This document shows, piece by piece, positions 19,770 to 28,635 of a stretch of DNA of 64,000 nucleotides (positions are counted from its first letter, which is position 1; each line of letters starts with the position of its first letter). Below the pieces are notes generated by a model that saw only the letters and a program-made list of their open reading frames with translations, ran no database searches and was not told the origin of the DNA. Source of the DNA: Minisyncoccota bacterium (lineage in GTDB: Bacteria; Patescibacteriota; Minisyncoccia; Phycocordibacterales; Phycocordibacteraceae); NCBI GenBank assembly GCA_041666305.1, contig JBAYHD010000001.1, positions 91,574 through 155,573 on the forward strand, written 5' to 3'. Made by a program: the position numbers and the translations under genes.

Positions 19770-20405
19770 ATGGCAACGAAACCCGCAGGCGCAACACAGC
19801 AGTTCGTTCCGGTGAAAGAGATCCGGAACGGCGTCATTGTACTCAAGGACGGCGGGTATCGCGGCGTGCTCATCTGTTCTTCGGTGAACTTCGGACTGAA
19901 ATCGGCCGATGAACAGCACGCCATCACGCTCGGTTTCCAGAATTTCCTCAATACGATAGATTTCTCGATCCAAATCGTCATCAATTCCCGTAAAATGGAT
20001 TTGCGTCCGTATCTCGCGCTTCTCGAGGAGAAAGCTCCCGAACAAAAATCCGAACTCATGCGCATCCAATTGCATGAATACATCGAGTTCGTCCGTTCCT
20101 TCACCGACCAGGCGAATATCATGACGAAGTCGTTCTACATCGTCGTGCCGTACTCTCCTCATACCTCGATGACCAGTGCCACGAGTTTTTTGCGACGCGA
20201 AAGTTCGTCAGTAAAGAATGCTGCGGCGGAAACCTCATTCGAGGAAGATCGCGCCCAGCTCGAACAACGACTGTCGCTCGTTGCAGGGGGCCTTTCCGGC
20301 ACGGGCGTGCGCGCAGTCCCGCTCGGCACCGAAGAGATCATCGAGCTTCTGTATCGTTCATTCAATCCGGGGGAGCTTGAAAATCCTATCCGCCTCGACA
20401 ATTAA
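19770..20405 (+). CDS. VirB4/TraC-like conjugation ATPase, N-terminal portion (split gene)
   Basis: QQFVPVKEIRNGVIVLKDGGYRGVLICSSVNFGLKSADEQHAITLGFQNFLNTIDFSIQIVINS matches VirB4/TrsE N-domain; stop TAA 20403-20405, next ORF starts 20408 in a different frame. Confidence 0.65.
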   Translation: MATKPAGATQQFVPVKEIRNGVIVLKDGGYRGVLICSSVNFGLKSADEQHAITLGFQNFLNTIDFSIQIVINSRKMDLRPYLALLEEKAPEQKSELMRIQLHEYIEFVRSFTDQANIMTKSFYIVVPYSPHTSMTSATSFLRRESSSVKNAAAETSFEEDRAQLEQRLSLVAGGLSGTGVRAVPLGTEEIIELLYRSFNPGELENPIRLDN

Positions 20406-20407
20406 TT

Positions 20408-22225
20408 ATGGCCTTACTCGACTTCCTGAAGCGTAAGAACGAACAGACACCGACGGTCGTGCCGGTGCTTCCGCGAGATATTTACAAGCAGGGCGCTCTG
20501 GACCTTGTAGACACCATCGCGCCCACCGCGCTCAAGATCGGCTCGCGCGAGATTGAGCTCGGAGAAAAATTCGTACGCGCTTTCTACACGATTTCTTATC
20601 CGCGCTTCCTTTCCGACAGCTGGTTCTCGCCGGTCATCAATTTGGATAAGGTCCTTGATGCCTCTATATTCATCCACCCCATTGAGACCGAGCAGGCGCT
20701 CCGCAGTTTCCAGAAAAAAGTGGCCGAGGTGCAAAGCCAGATAAACGAGCGCGAATCGCGCGGACTCGTGCGCGACCCTCTTTTGGATACCGCCTACCAA
20801 GACCTGGAAAGCTTGCGTGACAGTCTGCAGCAGGCGCAAGAAAAACTCTTTGACGTGGGGCTCTACCTTGCGCTCTACGGCGACTCCAAGGAAGAGATCG
20901 ACAAGACCGAAGGCGATATCCGCGGCATCCTCGATGCGAAACTTGTTTATACGAAACCTGCGTTGTTCCAACAAGAACAAGGATTTCGTTCGTGCCTCCC
21001 GCTTGGTACCGACGAACTCCTCGTTAATTCCAAATTGAATTCTTCGCCGCTCTCGTCCATCTTCCCGTTCGTGTCCTTCGACCTCACGAGCGACCGCGGC
21101 ATTCTCTACGGCATCAATCGTCATAATTCCTCGCTCATTCTTTTCGATCGCTTCTCGCTCGAGAACTACAATTCGGTCGTGTTCGCAAAATCCGGTTCCG
21201 GTAAAAGCTACGCAACGAAGCTGGAGATACTTCGTTCACTTATGTTCGGCACGGACGTCATTGTCATCGACCCGGAACGCGAATACGAACAGCTCGCGGA
21301 AGCGACCGGCGGACGTTCGTTCCACATCTCACTCTCTTCCGATAATCACATCAATCCGTTCGACCTTCCGCCGGTGAAAGAGGATGAAGACCCAAAGGAC
21401 ATTTTGCGTTCCAACATCATCGCGCTCGTCGGACTCTTCCGCATCATGCTCTCCGGCCTTTCCCCGGAAGAGGACGCCATCATTGACCGTGCTATCAGCG
21501 AGACCTATGCGCTCAAAGACATCACCGGCGATGCGGACTTTACCGGCGCCGAGCCGCCGGTCCTTTCCGATTTCGAACAGGTGCTTTCCGGCATGGAAGG
21601 GAGCGAGTCTTTGGTCGAACGGCTGTCCAAATATACGCGCGGGACCTGGGCAGGATTCCTTAATCAGCCGACCAACATCGACATCAATCAGCAGTTTGTC
21701 GTTTTCTCCGTGCGTGATATGGAGGACGAGCTGAAACCGGTCGCCATGTACATCATCACGCACTACATCTGGAATGCCGTGCGTCATGAGATGAAGAAGC
21801 GCCTGCTCATCATCGATGAGGCGTGGTGGATGATGAAGAGCGAAGATACCGCATCGTTCCTTTACTCGGTCGCCAAGCGCGGACGTAAATATTTCCTCGG
21901 CGTGTGCACCATCACGCAGGACGTGGAAGATTTCTTGAAGAGTCCGTACGGGCGGCCTATCCTCACGAACTCATCCATTCAATTGCTCCTCAAGCAATCC
22001 CCGACGACGATCGATGTCCTTCAGCAGACATTCAATCTCACCGATGAAGAAAAATATCTTCTGCTTGAGGCCGGAGTGGGGGAGGGGCTTTTCTTCGCGG
22101 GACTGAAACATGTCGCCATCAAGGTTGTGGCAAGCTACACCGAGGACCAGATCATTACTTCCGACCCGTCGCAACTTCTCGCGATAAAACAGGAGAAGGC
22201 GCGCTATGCCGCAGAAAAAAATTAA
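20408..22225 (+). CDS. VirB4/TraC-like conjugation ATPase, C-terminal ATPase portion
   Basis: Walker A FAKSGSGKSY, Walker B LLIIDEAWWM, DUF87/AAA-like; 211+605 aa together equal a full-length VirB4. Confidence 0.8.
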   Translation: MALLDFLKRKNEQTPTVVPVLPRDIYKQGALDLVDTIAPTALKIGSREIELGEKFVRAFYTISYPRFLSDSWFSPVINLDKVLDASIFIHPIETEQALRSFQKKVAEVQSQINERESRGLVRDPLLDTAYQDLESLRDSLQQAQEKLFDVGLYLALYGDSKEEIDKTEGDIRGILDAKLVYTKPALFQQEQGFRSCLPLGTDELLVNSKLNSSPLSSIFPFVSFDLTSDRGILYGINRHNSSLILFDRFSLENYNSVVFAKSGSGKSYATKLEILRSLMFGTDVIVIDPEREYEQLAEATGGRSFHISLSSDNHINPFDLPPVKEDEDPKDILRSNIIALVGLFRIMLSGLSPEEDAIIDRAISETYALKDITGDADFTGAEPPVLSDFEQVLSGMEGSESLVERLSKYTRGTWAGFLNQPTNIDINQQFVVFSVRDMEDELKPVAMYIITHYIWNAVRHEMKKRLLIIDEAWWMMKSEDTASFLYSVAKRGRKYFLGVCTITQDVEDFLKSPYGRPILTNSSIQLLLKQSPTTIDVLQQTFNLTDEEKYLLLEAGVGEGLFFAGLKHVAIKVVASYTEDQIITSDPSQLLAIKQEKARYAAEKN

Positions 22226-22910
22226 GCCGGAACCGCCGATGATGACGCGGTCGAAGTCTATGCCGATCATCGTGGCTGCGGTTCTGTTCGATTTGATGCG
22301 TGGATTTTTTACTCTATTTTGGTTTTTCGGACCGGCGCTTGCCGCTCTATATTGCACGGTGAAAGGGGGCGAAATAGCATCCTCGGTGACCTTTGGATTA
22401 CTCGGGACAAAAACTGCAGCTGCATTATGTTCTGCGGCCGCCATCACGGGAGGGACCGCTATTTCCGCATTCACCGCCCCGTTCGGCATTATCATGGCGG
22501 ATGCGGTCGGCCTTTTCGGATTCCTCGTCCTCGGCATGTGGATCGTCATGACGAACATGCGCATTCTCAAAGCGGTCGAGACCGGGCCAATCCAGTTCGC
22601 GGGCGCTTTTGCAGTGGCTGAAATTCCTTTCCTCGGTGCACTTCCAGTATTTTCGTTCATTCTTTGGAGGTTGTATGGGGCTCAGATACGAACCGAAGAG
22701 GCCGCCCATAAGAAATGGGAGAAAGAAACTGCCGACGCCCGACTCCAGGAACGTAATCAACAACAATCACAACTCCTGCAGATCCAAGCGGCGCAGCAGA
22801 TGCAATTCGCGCAACAAGAAGCCGCGAACGATGCGGTCTATGCTCAGGCGGCAAACGATGAAAGATACGCTGACGAGGAAATCCCCGAAAAGGTGCGTAA
22901 GGCCGCGTAA
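22206..22910 (+). CDS. polytopic membrane protein with Gln-rich C-terminal tail (possible VirB6-like channel component)
   Basis: 5-6 predicted TM helices then QQSQLLQIQAAQQMQFAQQEA tail; 20-nt overlap with VirB4 end. Confidence 0.5.
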   Translation: MPQKKIKPEPPMMTRSKSMPIIVAAVLFDLMRGFFTLFWFFGPALAALYCTVKGGEIASSVTFGLLGTKTAAALCSAAAITGGTAISAFTAPFGIIMADAVGLFGFLVLGMWIVMTNMRILKAVETGPIQFAGAFAVAEIPFLGALPVFSFILWRLYGAQIRTEEAAHKKWEKETADARLQERNQQQSQLLQIQAAQQMQFAQQEAANDAVYAQAANDERYADEEIPEKVRKAA

Positions 22911-22939
22911 TTCTCTCGTGCAGGTTATATACTGTGGGT

Positions 22940-23938
22940 ATGCGTTTGGGCCTTTTTACGACTCTTTCCTTCGCCCTTCTACTGCCTCTCGCGGTATCGG
23001 CTCAGTCTTCGGGAAGTCTGTTTGGTGAGACGGGGAAAACATTCACCATCTCCGCAGCTCCGCAATACCCGGTTCCGCTTAGCACCGCGACGCTGTCGTT
23101 CTTCTCAAACTCACTCGACCTTGCGAACGCAACGCTCACCGTGAACGTGGATGGTAAGAGCATTTATCAAGGAGTCGTGCGACCGGTAGCCGTTGCTCTC
23201 GGAAAAACCGGGAGCATAACGAATGTGGCGGCAACGATAGTCGCCGGCGGTACGAATTACAAACAGACCCTAAGCATCCAACCGCAGGATGTCGCACTTG
23301 TTGCCGAACCCATTTCTTCGAGTCCGCCTCTCTATCCCGGGAAGTCCTCGGTACCTCTCGAGGGAGATGTACGTGTCGTGGCAGTGGCGAGCTTCAGGAA
23401 CGTAAGCGGACAGGCTCTCAATCCTGCTGCGCTTTCGTACAGCTGGACGGTCGATGACATCAAGATCTCGAACTCTTCGGGAATCGGGAAAGAAGCGATC
23501 ATGGTCGCTTCGCCGATCCAATACAGCGCACGCAACGTCTCGGTCGCGATCATGAGCTCGGACGGTAGTCTGGTGGGAGGAGCGTCAATTTCTCTTTTGC
23601 CCCTCGATCCTTCGGTGCGCATCTATGAGAACGACCCTCTGCTCGGTATCCGCTATGACCGCGCACTTTCCAACACGTACTCCATCAACGGAAGCGAAGC
23701 GACTCTGTATGCCGCACCCTTTTCCTTCCCGACGACGAACGGCTCGCCGCTTTTACAGTGGTTTCTCAACGGTTCCGCCGCCCAGACCGGCAACTTCATA
23801 ACACTGCGTCCGACCGGAAGCGGGCAGGGGAGCGCCTCGCTCTCACTCGTCTCCTCGTCCGGTTCTTTTACGACAGCGACCACGAACCTCCTACTGTCCT
23901 TTGGCGAATCATCCGGCTTTAATTTATTTGGCTTATGA
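22940..23938 (+). CDS. secreted protein with N-terminal signal peptide
   Basis: MRLGLFTTLSFALLLPLAVSAQ signal; Ser/Thr-rich beta-rich body. Confidence 0.5.
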   Translation: MRLGLFTTLSFALLLPLAVSAQSSGSLFGETGKTFTISAAPQYPVPLSTATLSFFSNSLDLANATLTVNVDGKSIYQGVVRPVAVALGKTGSITNVAATIVAGGTNYKQTLSIQPQDVALVAEPISSSPPLYPGKSSVPLEGDVRVVAVASFRNVSGQALNPAALSYSWTVDDIKISNSSGIGKEAIMVASPIQYSARNVSVAIMSSDGSLVGGASISLLPLDPSVRIYENDPLLGIRYDRALSNTYSINGSEATLYAAPFSFPTTNGSPLLQWFLNGSAAQTGNFITLRPTGSGQGSASLSLVSSSGSFTTATTNLLLSFGESSGFNLFGL

Positions 23939-24660
23939 AAAAAATATTTCTTCTCTCTACCGTTTTGTTAGTCGTCCCTGTTGTTGCACTCGCCCAGGGG
24001 TTTGTTCCTCTCGCACCTATCCCCGGCCTCACGAGCGGTGAAGTGACGAGTGTCGTAAATTCAGCATCGCTCGCTACATTCTTTAACAATCTCTATAAAT
24101 ATTCCATCGGCCTTGCGGCGGCGCTCGCGATTATCCAGATCATTTGGGCCGGACTTGATATCGCTATCTTCCACAAAGATGCGGTGGGTGCGATAACAGA
24201 CGACAAGGGGAAAATTTACAATGCCATCTTCGGACTTGTGCTCGTCCTCTCGCCCGTGCTTGTGTTCTCCATCATCAATCCGAGCATTCTGAACCTCTCG
24301 CTCAATCTTCCGGAACTCAAAACGGCATCGGGTCCTCCGACAACTTCGGGAACGGCACAAACAACAACGCCATACACACCTTCGGCCACAGAAGTGGCGG
24401 ATCGGCCGGCCGGTACAAATGTTCTTTTTTCATTCGAGGTGGATCCGAATATCTCTCCTAACGCGGTAATTCAGATACTTAATGCAAAACTATCAGAATG
24501 TACTAATGCAACTGGAGGACCTGGTATCATATTGCCGGCTTCTTTACAAACCACATTGAGAAGATTCGTTTGTCAAACATGTGAGCCGGGTAGAACTGCC
24601 GCCCCGCGCTTAGCCTGCACCCGCCAAAACACCACGTTTGTGTGCGGGAATTGCAATTAA
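23935..24660 (+). CDS. VirB2/TrbC-like T4SS pilin candidate with C-terminal Cys-rich extension
   Basis: signal peptide + two hydrophobic helices (LAAALAIIQIIWAGLDIAIF, IFGLVLVLSPVLVFSII) typical of TrbC/VirB2; C-terminus has 6 Cys (CQTCEPG...CGNCN). Confidence 0.5.
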   Translation: MKKIFLLSTVLLVVPVVALAQGFVPLAPIPGLTSGEVTSVVNSASLATFFNNLYKYSIGLAAALAIIQIIWAGLDIAIFHKDAVGAITDDKGKIYNAIFGLVLVLSPVLVFSIINPSILNLSLNLPELKTASGPPTTSGTAQTTTPYTPSATEVADRPAGTNVLFSFEVDPNISPNAVIQILNAKLSECTNATGGPGIILPASLQTTLRRFVCQTCEPGRTAAPRLACTRQNTTFVCGNCN

Positions 24661-24662
24661 AT

Positions 24663-25886
24663 ATGAAACGCACCCTTATCATCACCGCCATCGTGATAGT
24701 CCTCGCCGGGCTCGGCGTCGTTGCATATTTCTACTTCTTCCAGGGTACTGCCGGCATTACGACCGCGCCTAGTCCCACGACGAGCGCTAATCTCCCGGTA
24801 GCAGGGCAGGGAACGCCTCCTGCGGGAGAAACAGCGGCGCCAGGAGAAGCTCCTACCGCCACCTCGGAAGCCCCGGGCGTAGCAACTCCGGTCACTGCGC
24901 GGCTGGTGAAGATAAGTGCGGGACCGGTCGTGCCGGGCGAGGTGGTGGTAAGCCGCGCGGCGAATGCAAGTTCCTCTCCAGAAGCCACTGTTAGTTTCGT
25001 TGAGCGCCAGAGCGGCAATGTTTTTACCTATAGCACGCTCACTCAAACGTTGGTGCGCACTTCCAATAAAACAATACCGGGGATTCAGTCCGCACAGTGG
25101 TCCCCGAATGCGTCAACCACGTTTGTACGTTATCTCTCCGGCGATGATTTCTCCACCATCAATACCTACGCGTTGCCGGCGAACGGCGCGACCGGTTTCT
25201 TTCTTCCTCAAAACCTCGCCGGCATAGATGTTTCTTCAGCCGGCATCCTCACCCTCGCGTCCGGCGTCAATGGATCCTCTGTTTCCGTGGCACGCCCCGA
25301 CGGAACTCACTCTTCCGAGGTGTTCACAACCCCTCTTTCCTCTGTCCACGCATCGTTCGCAGGGAAAAATCAGTATCTCGTGTATACCAAGCCTTCAAGC
25401 ACGCTTGATGGCGACGCGTTCCTTGTCGATAGTACGGGAAACTTCTCCCGCATTGCAGGACCGCTTCCCGGTCTCGTTGCGCGCGCAAGCCCGTCAGGGA
25501 AATGGGTGCTCGTGAGCTATGTGCTCAACAACATCATGCGCATGGAGCTCATCGAGACCGCGACCGGCAACGTACTTCCTCTTCCTGTCGCGACCATTGC
25601 CGACAAGTGCGTGTGGGCGAGCAACGACGCATCGGTGTATTGCGGCGTCCCCATGAACCCTTCTGCCGCTTTTAATTATCCTGATGACTGGTATCAGGGT
25701 GCGGTTCATTTCAGCGACCGCATCTGGAAAGTGGATACTGCCGGCCGATATGCACAGCTGGTCCTTGATTTCACCGCTGAAACAAAAGTCTCGTTGGATG
25801 TTGAATCGCCCGCAATCGACGCCTTACGTACAGCGCTCGTATTCGTCAATAAGAACGACGGCTCACTTTGGAGTTATTCCCTCTGA
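24663..25886 (+). CDS. membrane-anchored protein with Pro/Thr/Ala linker and beta-propeller-like (TolB-like) body
   Basis: N-terminal TM LIITAIVIVLAGLGVVAYFYFF, low-complexity linker, repetitive beta-strand rich C-domain. Confidence 0.5.
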   Translation: MKRTLIITAIVIVLAGLGVVAYFYFFQGTAGITTAPSPTTSANLPVAGQGTPPAGETAAPGEAPTATSEAPGVATPVTARLVKISAGPVVPGEVVVSRAANASSSPEATVSFVERQSGNVFTYSTLTQTLVRTSNKTIPGIQSAQWSPNASTTFVRYLSGDDFSTINTYALPANGATGFFLPQNLAGIDVSSAGILTLASGVNGSSVSVARPDGTHSSEVFTTPLSSVHASFAGKNQYLVYTKPSSTLDGDAFLVDSTGNFSRIAGPLPGLVARASPSGKWVLVSYVLNNIMRMELIETATGNVLPLPVATIADKCVWASNDASVYCGVPMNPSAAFNYPDDWYQGAVHFSDRIWKVDTAGRYAQLVLDFTAETKVSLDVESPAIDALRTALVFVNKNDGSLWSYSL

Positions 25887-26609
25887 ATCTTCTTTCACTA
25901 TCGTGCGGCGCACGTGCCACTCCTGCAGCGAGCCCGCGAGGTTGGTGGTGATGAAGTAAAGAGCTATTGCGCCGGAGGTCGTGTAGGAGATGGTGCCAAT
26001 GAGGAAAGGAAAAACATATTTCAACTGAAGCCCCATAACTCTTTGAAAATCGTTTTGCATACTTTTCTCCCCCGACGGTTTCATGGTTCCGGAGAGTGCT
26101 AAATGTGCTTGATAAAATTGCGTAATGCCGGCAAGTATCGCGAGTACCATACTCTTGCCCGCGACCGATATGAATCCGAGAAATTCAAGCGATATGGTAT
26201 TCGGTGTCGGCGTAAGTGTATAGAGACGGGCGGCGTTAATCGTTGAGAATGGTTCGTTATAAAAAACCCAATACAACGCGAGGAGGACGGGTATCTGAAT
26301 GAAAACGGTCAAAATGCTTGCGAATGGATTCACTTTGGCGTCGCGATAGAGCGCCAGGGTTTCGAGTGCCTCTTTTTCCTTATCGCCCTTGTGCTTTTCT
26401 TTCAATCCCTTGATCTTTGGTTCGAGAACTTTCATCGCGCGCTGTGTGCGCGCCGCGGAAAGAGAGAAGGGGAGAAGAATGAGCCGGATGATAATGGTGA
26501 CGATAATGACCGCGACGCCGACGTCCCCCCCGGGAACGAGCGCAACGAGCGCAACGAGCGCATTGTAAATCGGATTATAAAAAACGGCGTTGAAGAAAGT
26601 TGAGATCAC
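25863..26609 (-). CDS. yidC: membrane protein insertase YidC/Oxa1 (short form)
   Basis: 248 aa; conserved YidC core (PKIKGLKEKHKGDKEK..., LYWVF). Confidence 0.85.
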   Translation of the reverse strand: MISTFFNAVFYNPIYNALVALVALVPGGDVGVAVIIVTIIIRLILLPFSLSAARTQRAMKVLEPKIKGLKEKHKGDKEKEALETLALYRDAKVNPFASILTVFIQIPVLLALYWVFYNEPFSTINAARLYTLTPTPNTISLEFLGFISVAGKSMVLAILAGITQFYQAHLALSGTMKPSGEKSMQNDFQRVMGLQLKYVFPFLIGTISYTTSGAIALYFITTNLAGSLQEWHVRRTIVKEDSEGITPK

Positions 26610-26618
26610 AGAAGTGTA

Positions 26619-26930
26619 TTAGTAGTGTTTTTTGGAAAGTAAGGCGGCGAGTTCTGATTGAATGTCTTGATAGCTTACACTATTGACCGACGCTTTTGGA
26701 AATACGATGAGAGCTTGGGGGAGGTCAAGTGTACGGAGCGCGGCGAGCACCCGGCGTTTTATTTTGTGCCGTGTGACGGAAAGCCGTGCGATTTTTTTCG
26801 GCACAATGACCGCATACCCCCTTCCTTCTGCCGGGATAACAACGGAAAGATGCTCGGATGATATCCTCCTTCCATTTTTTAGCGCGGAAGGGAAGGTGTC
26901 CCGTGAAAGCCGTTTTCGGCGCGGAAACAC
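26619..26930 (-). CDS. rnpA: RNase P protein component
   Basis: 103 aa; basic, RLSRDTFPSALKNGRR...KIKRRVLAALR typical RnpA; follows rpmH. Confidence 0.8.
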   Translation of the reverse strand: MFPRRKRLSRDTFPSALKNGRRISSEHLSVVIPAEGRGYAVIVPKKIARLSVTRHKIKRRVLAALRTLDLPQALIVFPKASVNSVSYQDIQSELAALLSKKHY

Positions 26931-26936
26931 AAGGGA

Positions 26937-27065
26937 TTAGACCGCGAGGCGGGTACGGCCGGCACGACGACGTCCTTTGACGATCTTGCGGCCGGCGCTC
27001 GTCTTTGCCCTCGCAAGGAAACCATGGGTGGTCGCTCTCTTCTTCTTCTTCGGTTGATAGGTCAT
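26937..27065 (-). CDS. rpmH: 50S ribosomal protein L34
   Basis: translated by hand: [42 protein letters not shown]; below ORF-track size cutoff. Confidence 0.85.
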   Translation of the reverse strand: MTYQPKKKKRATTHGFLARAKTSAGRKIVKGRRRAGRTRLAV

Positions 27066-27170
27066 TTTTCCCATACAGGTAGAAAATTAGGTTGTACACA
27101 CAATACTAACAGGTTCTCCCCGAAAAACCATAGTGTTTTCTTTTTCCCGGAAAGGTATACTCCAGAAACT

Positions 27171-28523
27171 ATGGACAAAGGGAATCCTCGAGAATTGTGG
27201 GAATATGTACTCACTCAGGTCGAACTCTCCATATCTCCGGCAAATTTCAACACGTGGTTCCGTAATAGTTTTATTGTGAAGATAGGAGAGGATGGTGTTA
27301 TCTATATCGGCGTACCAAGCCAGTTCTTCAAGGACTGGTACCTCAAAAAATTCCACTCTCTTCTTCTGAAGATCGTCCGGGACGTGTCGTATGAGTTCCG
27401 AAATATCGAATATCTTATCGTGAAGGACGAGCACCGCAAAATCCCCAAGGAAACCAAGAATGTGCGCGGTGCTATGGAACTTCCGCTGGATGAATTCTAT
27501 ATAAACAAGAGCGATAGTTTGAACCCGCGCTATACATTCGATACGTTCGTCATCGGATCATTCAACAATCTCGCGTATGCGGCGGCTCAAGCGGCGCTCA
27601 CGCGCCCCGGCATCACCTACAACCCTCTTTTTATCTATGGGGACACCGGGAGAGGAAAGACACATCTTATTCAAGCCATCGGCAATCAATTTAAAAAACA
27701 ATACCAGGGACGAAAAGTGTTTTATCTCACATCCGAGAAATTCGCAGTTGATTACACCGATTCGGTCCAGGCGGGAACGGCAAACCGTTTCAAGGATAAA
27801 TACCGCCAATATGATCTTCTCATTATGGACGACGTACAATTCCTTTCCAAAAAGGAAAAAACCCAGGAGGAGCTCTTTCATCTTTTTAACGCTCTCCACG
27901 ATACTAATAAACAGATTATTTTCTCCTCGGACCGGGCCCCTGCGGCTATCCCTGACATCGCCGAGCGCCTTAAGGGCCGTTTGGCGAGCGGTATGGCTGT
28001 GGATATTGGGGAGCCGGACCCGGAATCCCGTATGGCTATCGTCCAAAAGAAAGCTGCTTCTCATGGTGTCATTCTTTCGGATGAGGTTATAGAATATGTG
28101 GCAACCTCTATGTCCGGCTCAATACGAGAATTGGAAGGGATGGTCAACAGCATCATATGCCATGCTCAGGTGAAGGGTTTCGCTCCTGACATCGCCGAAG
28201 TGCGTCAGTCCCTCCGTTCTTTCACGCGACCCCAAAAAAATATTTCTGTTAAGAATGTGGTCGATAAGGTCGCTGAATATTACGGCATCGATGAGGAAAG
28301 TATTTATGAGAAGACACGAAGAAGGGAGGTGGTGCGCCCGCGGCAGGTGATTATGTATCTTTTGCGTGAAGATTTTAGTATTTCATATCCGACGATCGGG
28401 ACCAAGCTTGGAGGTCGTGACCACACGACCGTTATCCACTCCTGTGAGAAGATAAAGCGCGAAGTGATTGTGGATAGTGAGTTGGCGAAAGAGATTCAAA
28501 ACATTCGAACACTACTTGTATGA
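27171..28523 (+). CDS. dnaA: chromosomal replication initiator DnaA
   Basis: AAA+ Walker A GDTGRGKTH, sensor and C-terminal DNA-binding domain; start at MDKGNP. Confidence 0.9.
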   Translation: MDKGNPRELWEYVLTQVELSISPANFNTWFRNSFIVKIGEDGVIYIGVPSQFFKDWYLKKFHSLLLKIVRDVSYEFRNIEYLIVKDEHRKIPKETKNVRGAMELPLDEFYINKSDSLNPRYTFDTFVIGSFNNLAYAAAQAALTRPGITYNPLFIYGDTGRGKTHLIQAIGNQFKKQYQGRKVFYLTSEKFAVDYTDSVQAGTANRFKDKYRQYDLLIMDDVQFLSKKEKTQEELFHLFNALHDTNKQIIFSSDRAPAAIPDIAERLKGRLASGMAVDIGEPDPESRMAIVQKKAASHGVILSDEVIEYVATSMSGSIRELEGMVNSIICHAQVKGFAPDIAEVRQSLRSFTRPQKNISVKNVVDKVAEYYGIDEESIYEKTRRREVVRPRQVIMYLLREDFSISYPTIGTKLGGRDHTTVIHSCEKIKREVIVDSELAKEIQNIRTLLV

Positions 28524-28635
28524 CACTCTCTCCTATGTTATCAACACGTTCTGTTTTTTCTTCACAAAGAAATCCGCGGTATCTATATGACTATTCTGTA
28601 CTTCTCCACCTATCAACAGTCCTAATAAAGAATGT
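28524..28635. promoter_or_regulatory. candidate oriC segment (dnaA-dnaN intergenic) with degenerate DnaA boxes and AT-rich tract
   Basis: ttatcaaca (28538..28546) and tatcaaca near 28608; AT-rich run before dnaN. Confidence 0.35.

Noticed and set aside
26400-26580. Short tandem aacgagcgc repeats
   Set aside because: They lie inside the yidC N-terminus encoding ALVALVALV. This is an ordinary hydrophobic repeat with no CRISPR-like spacer regularity.
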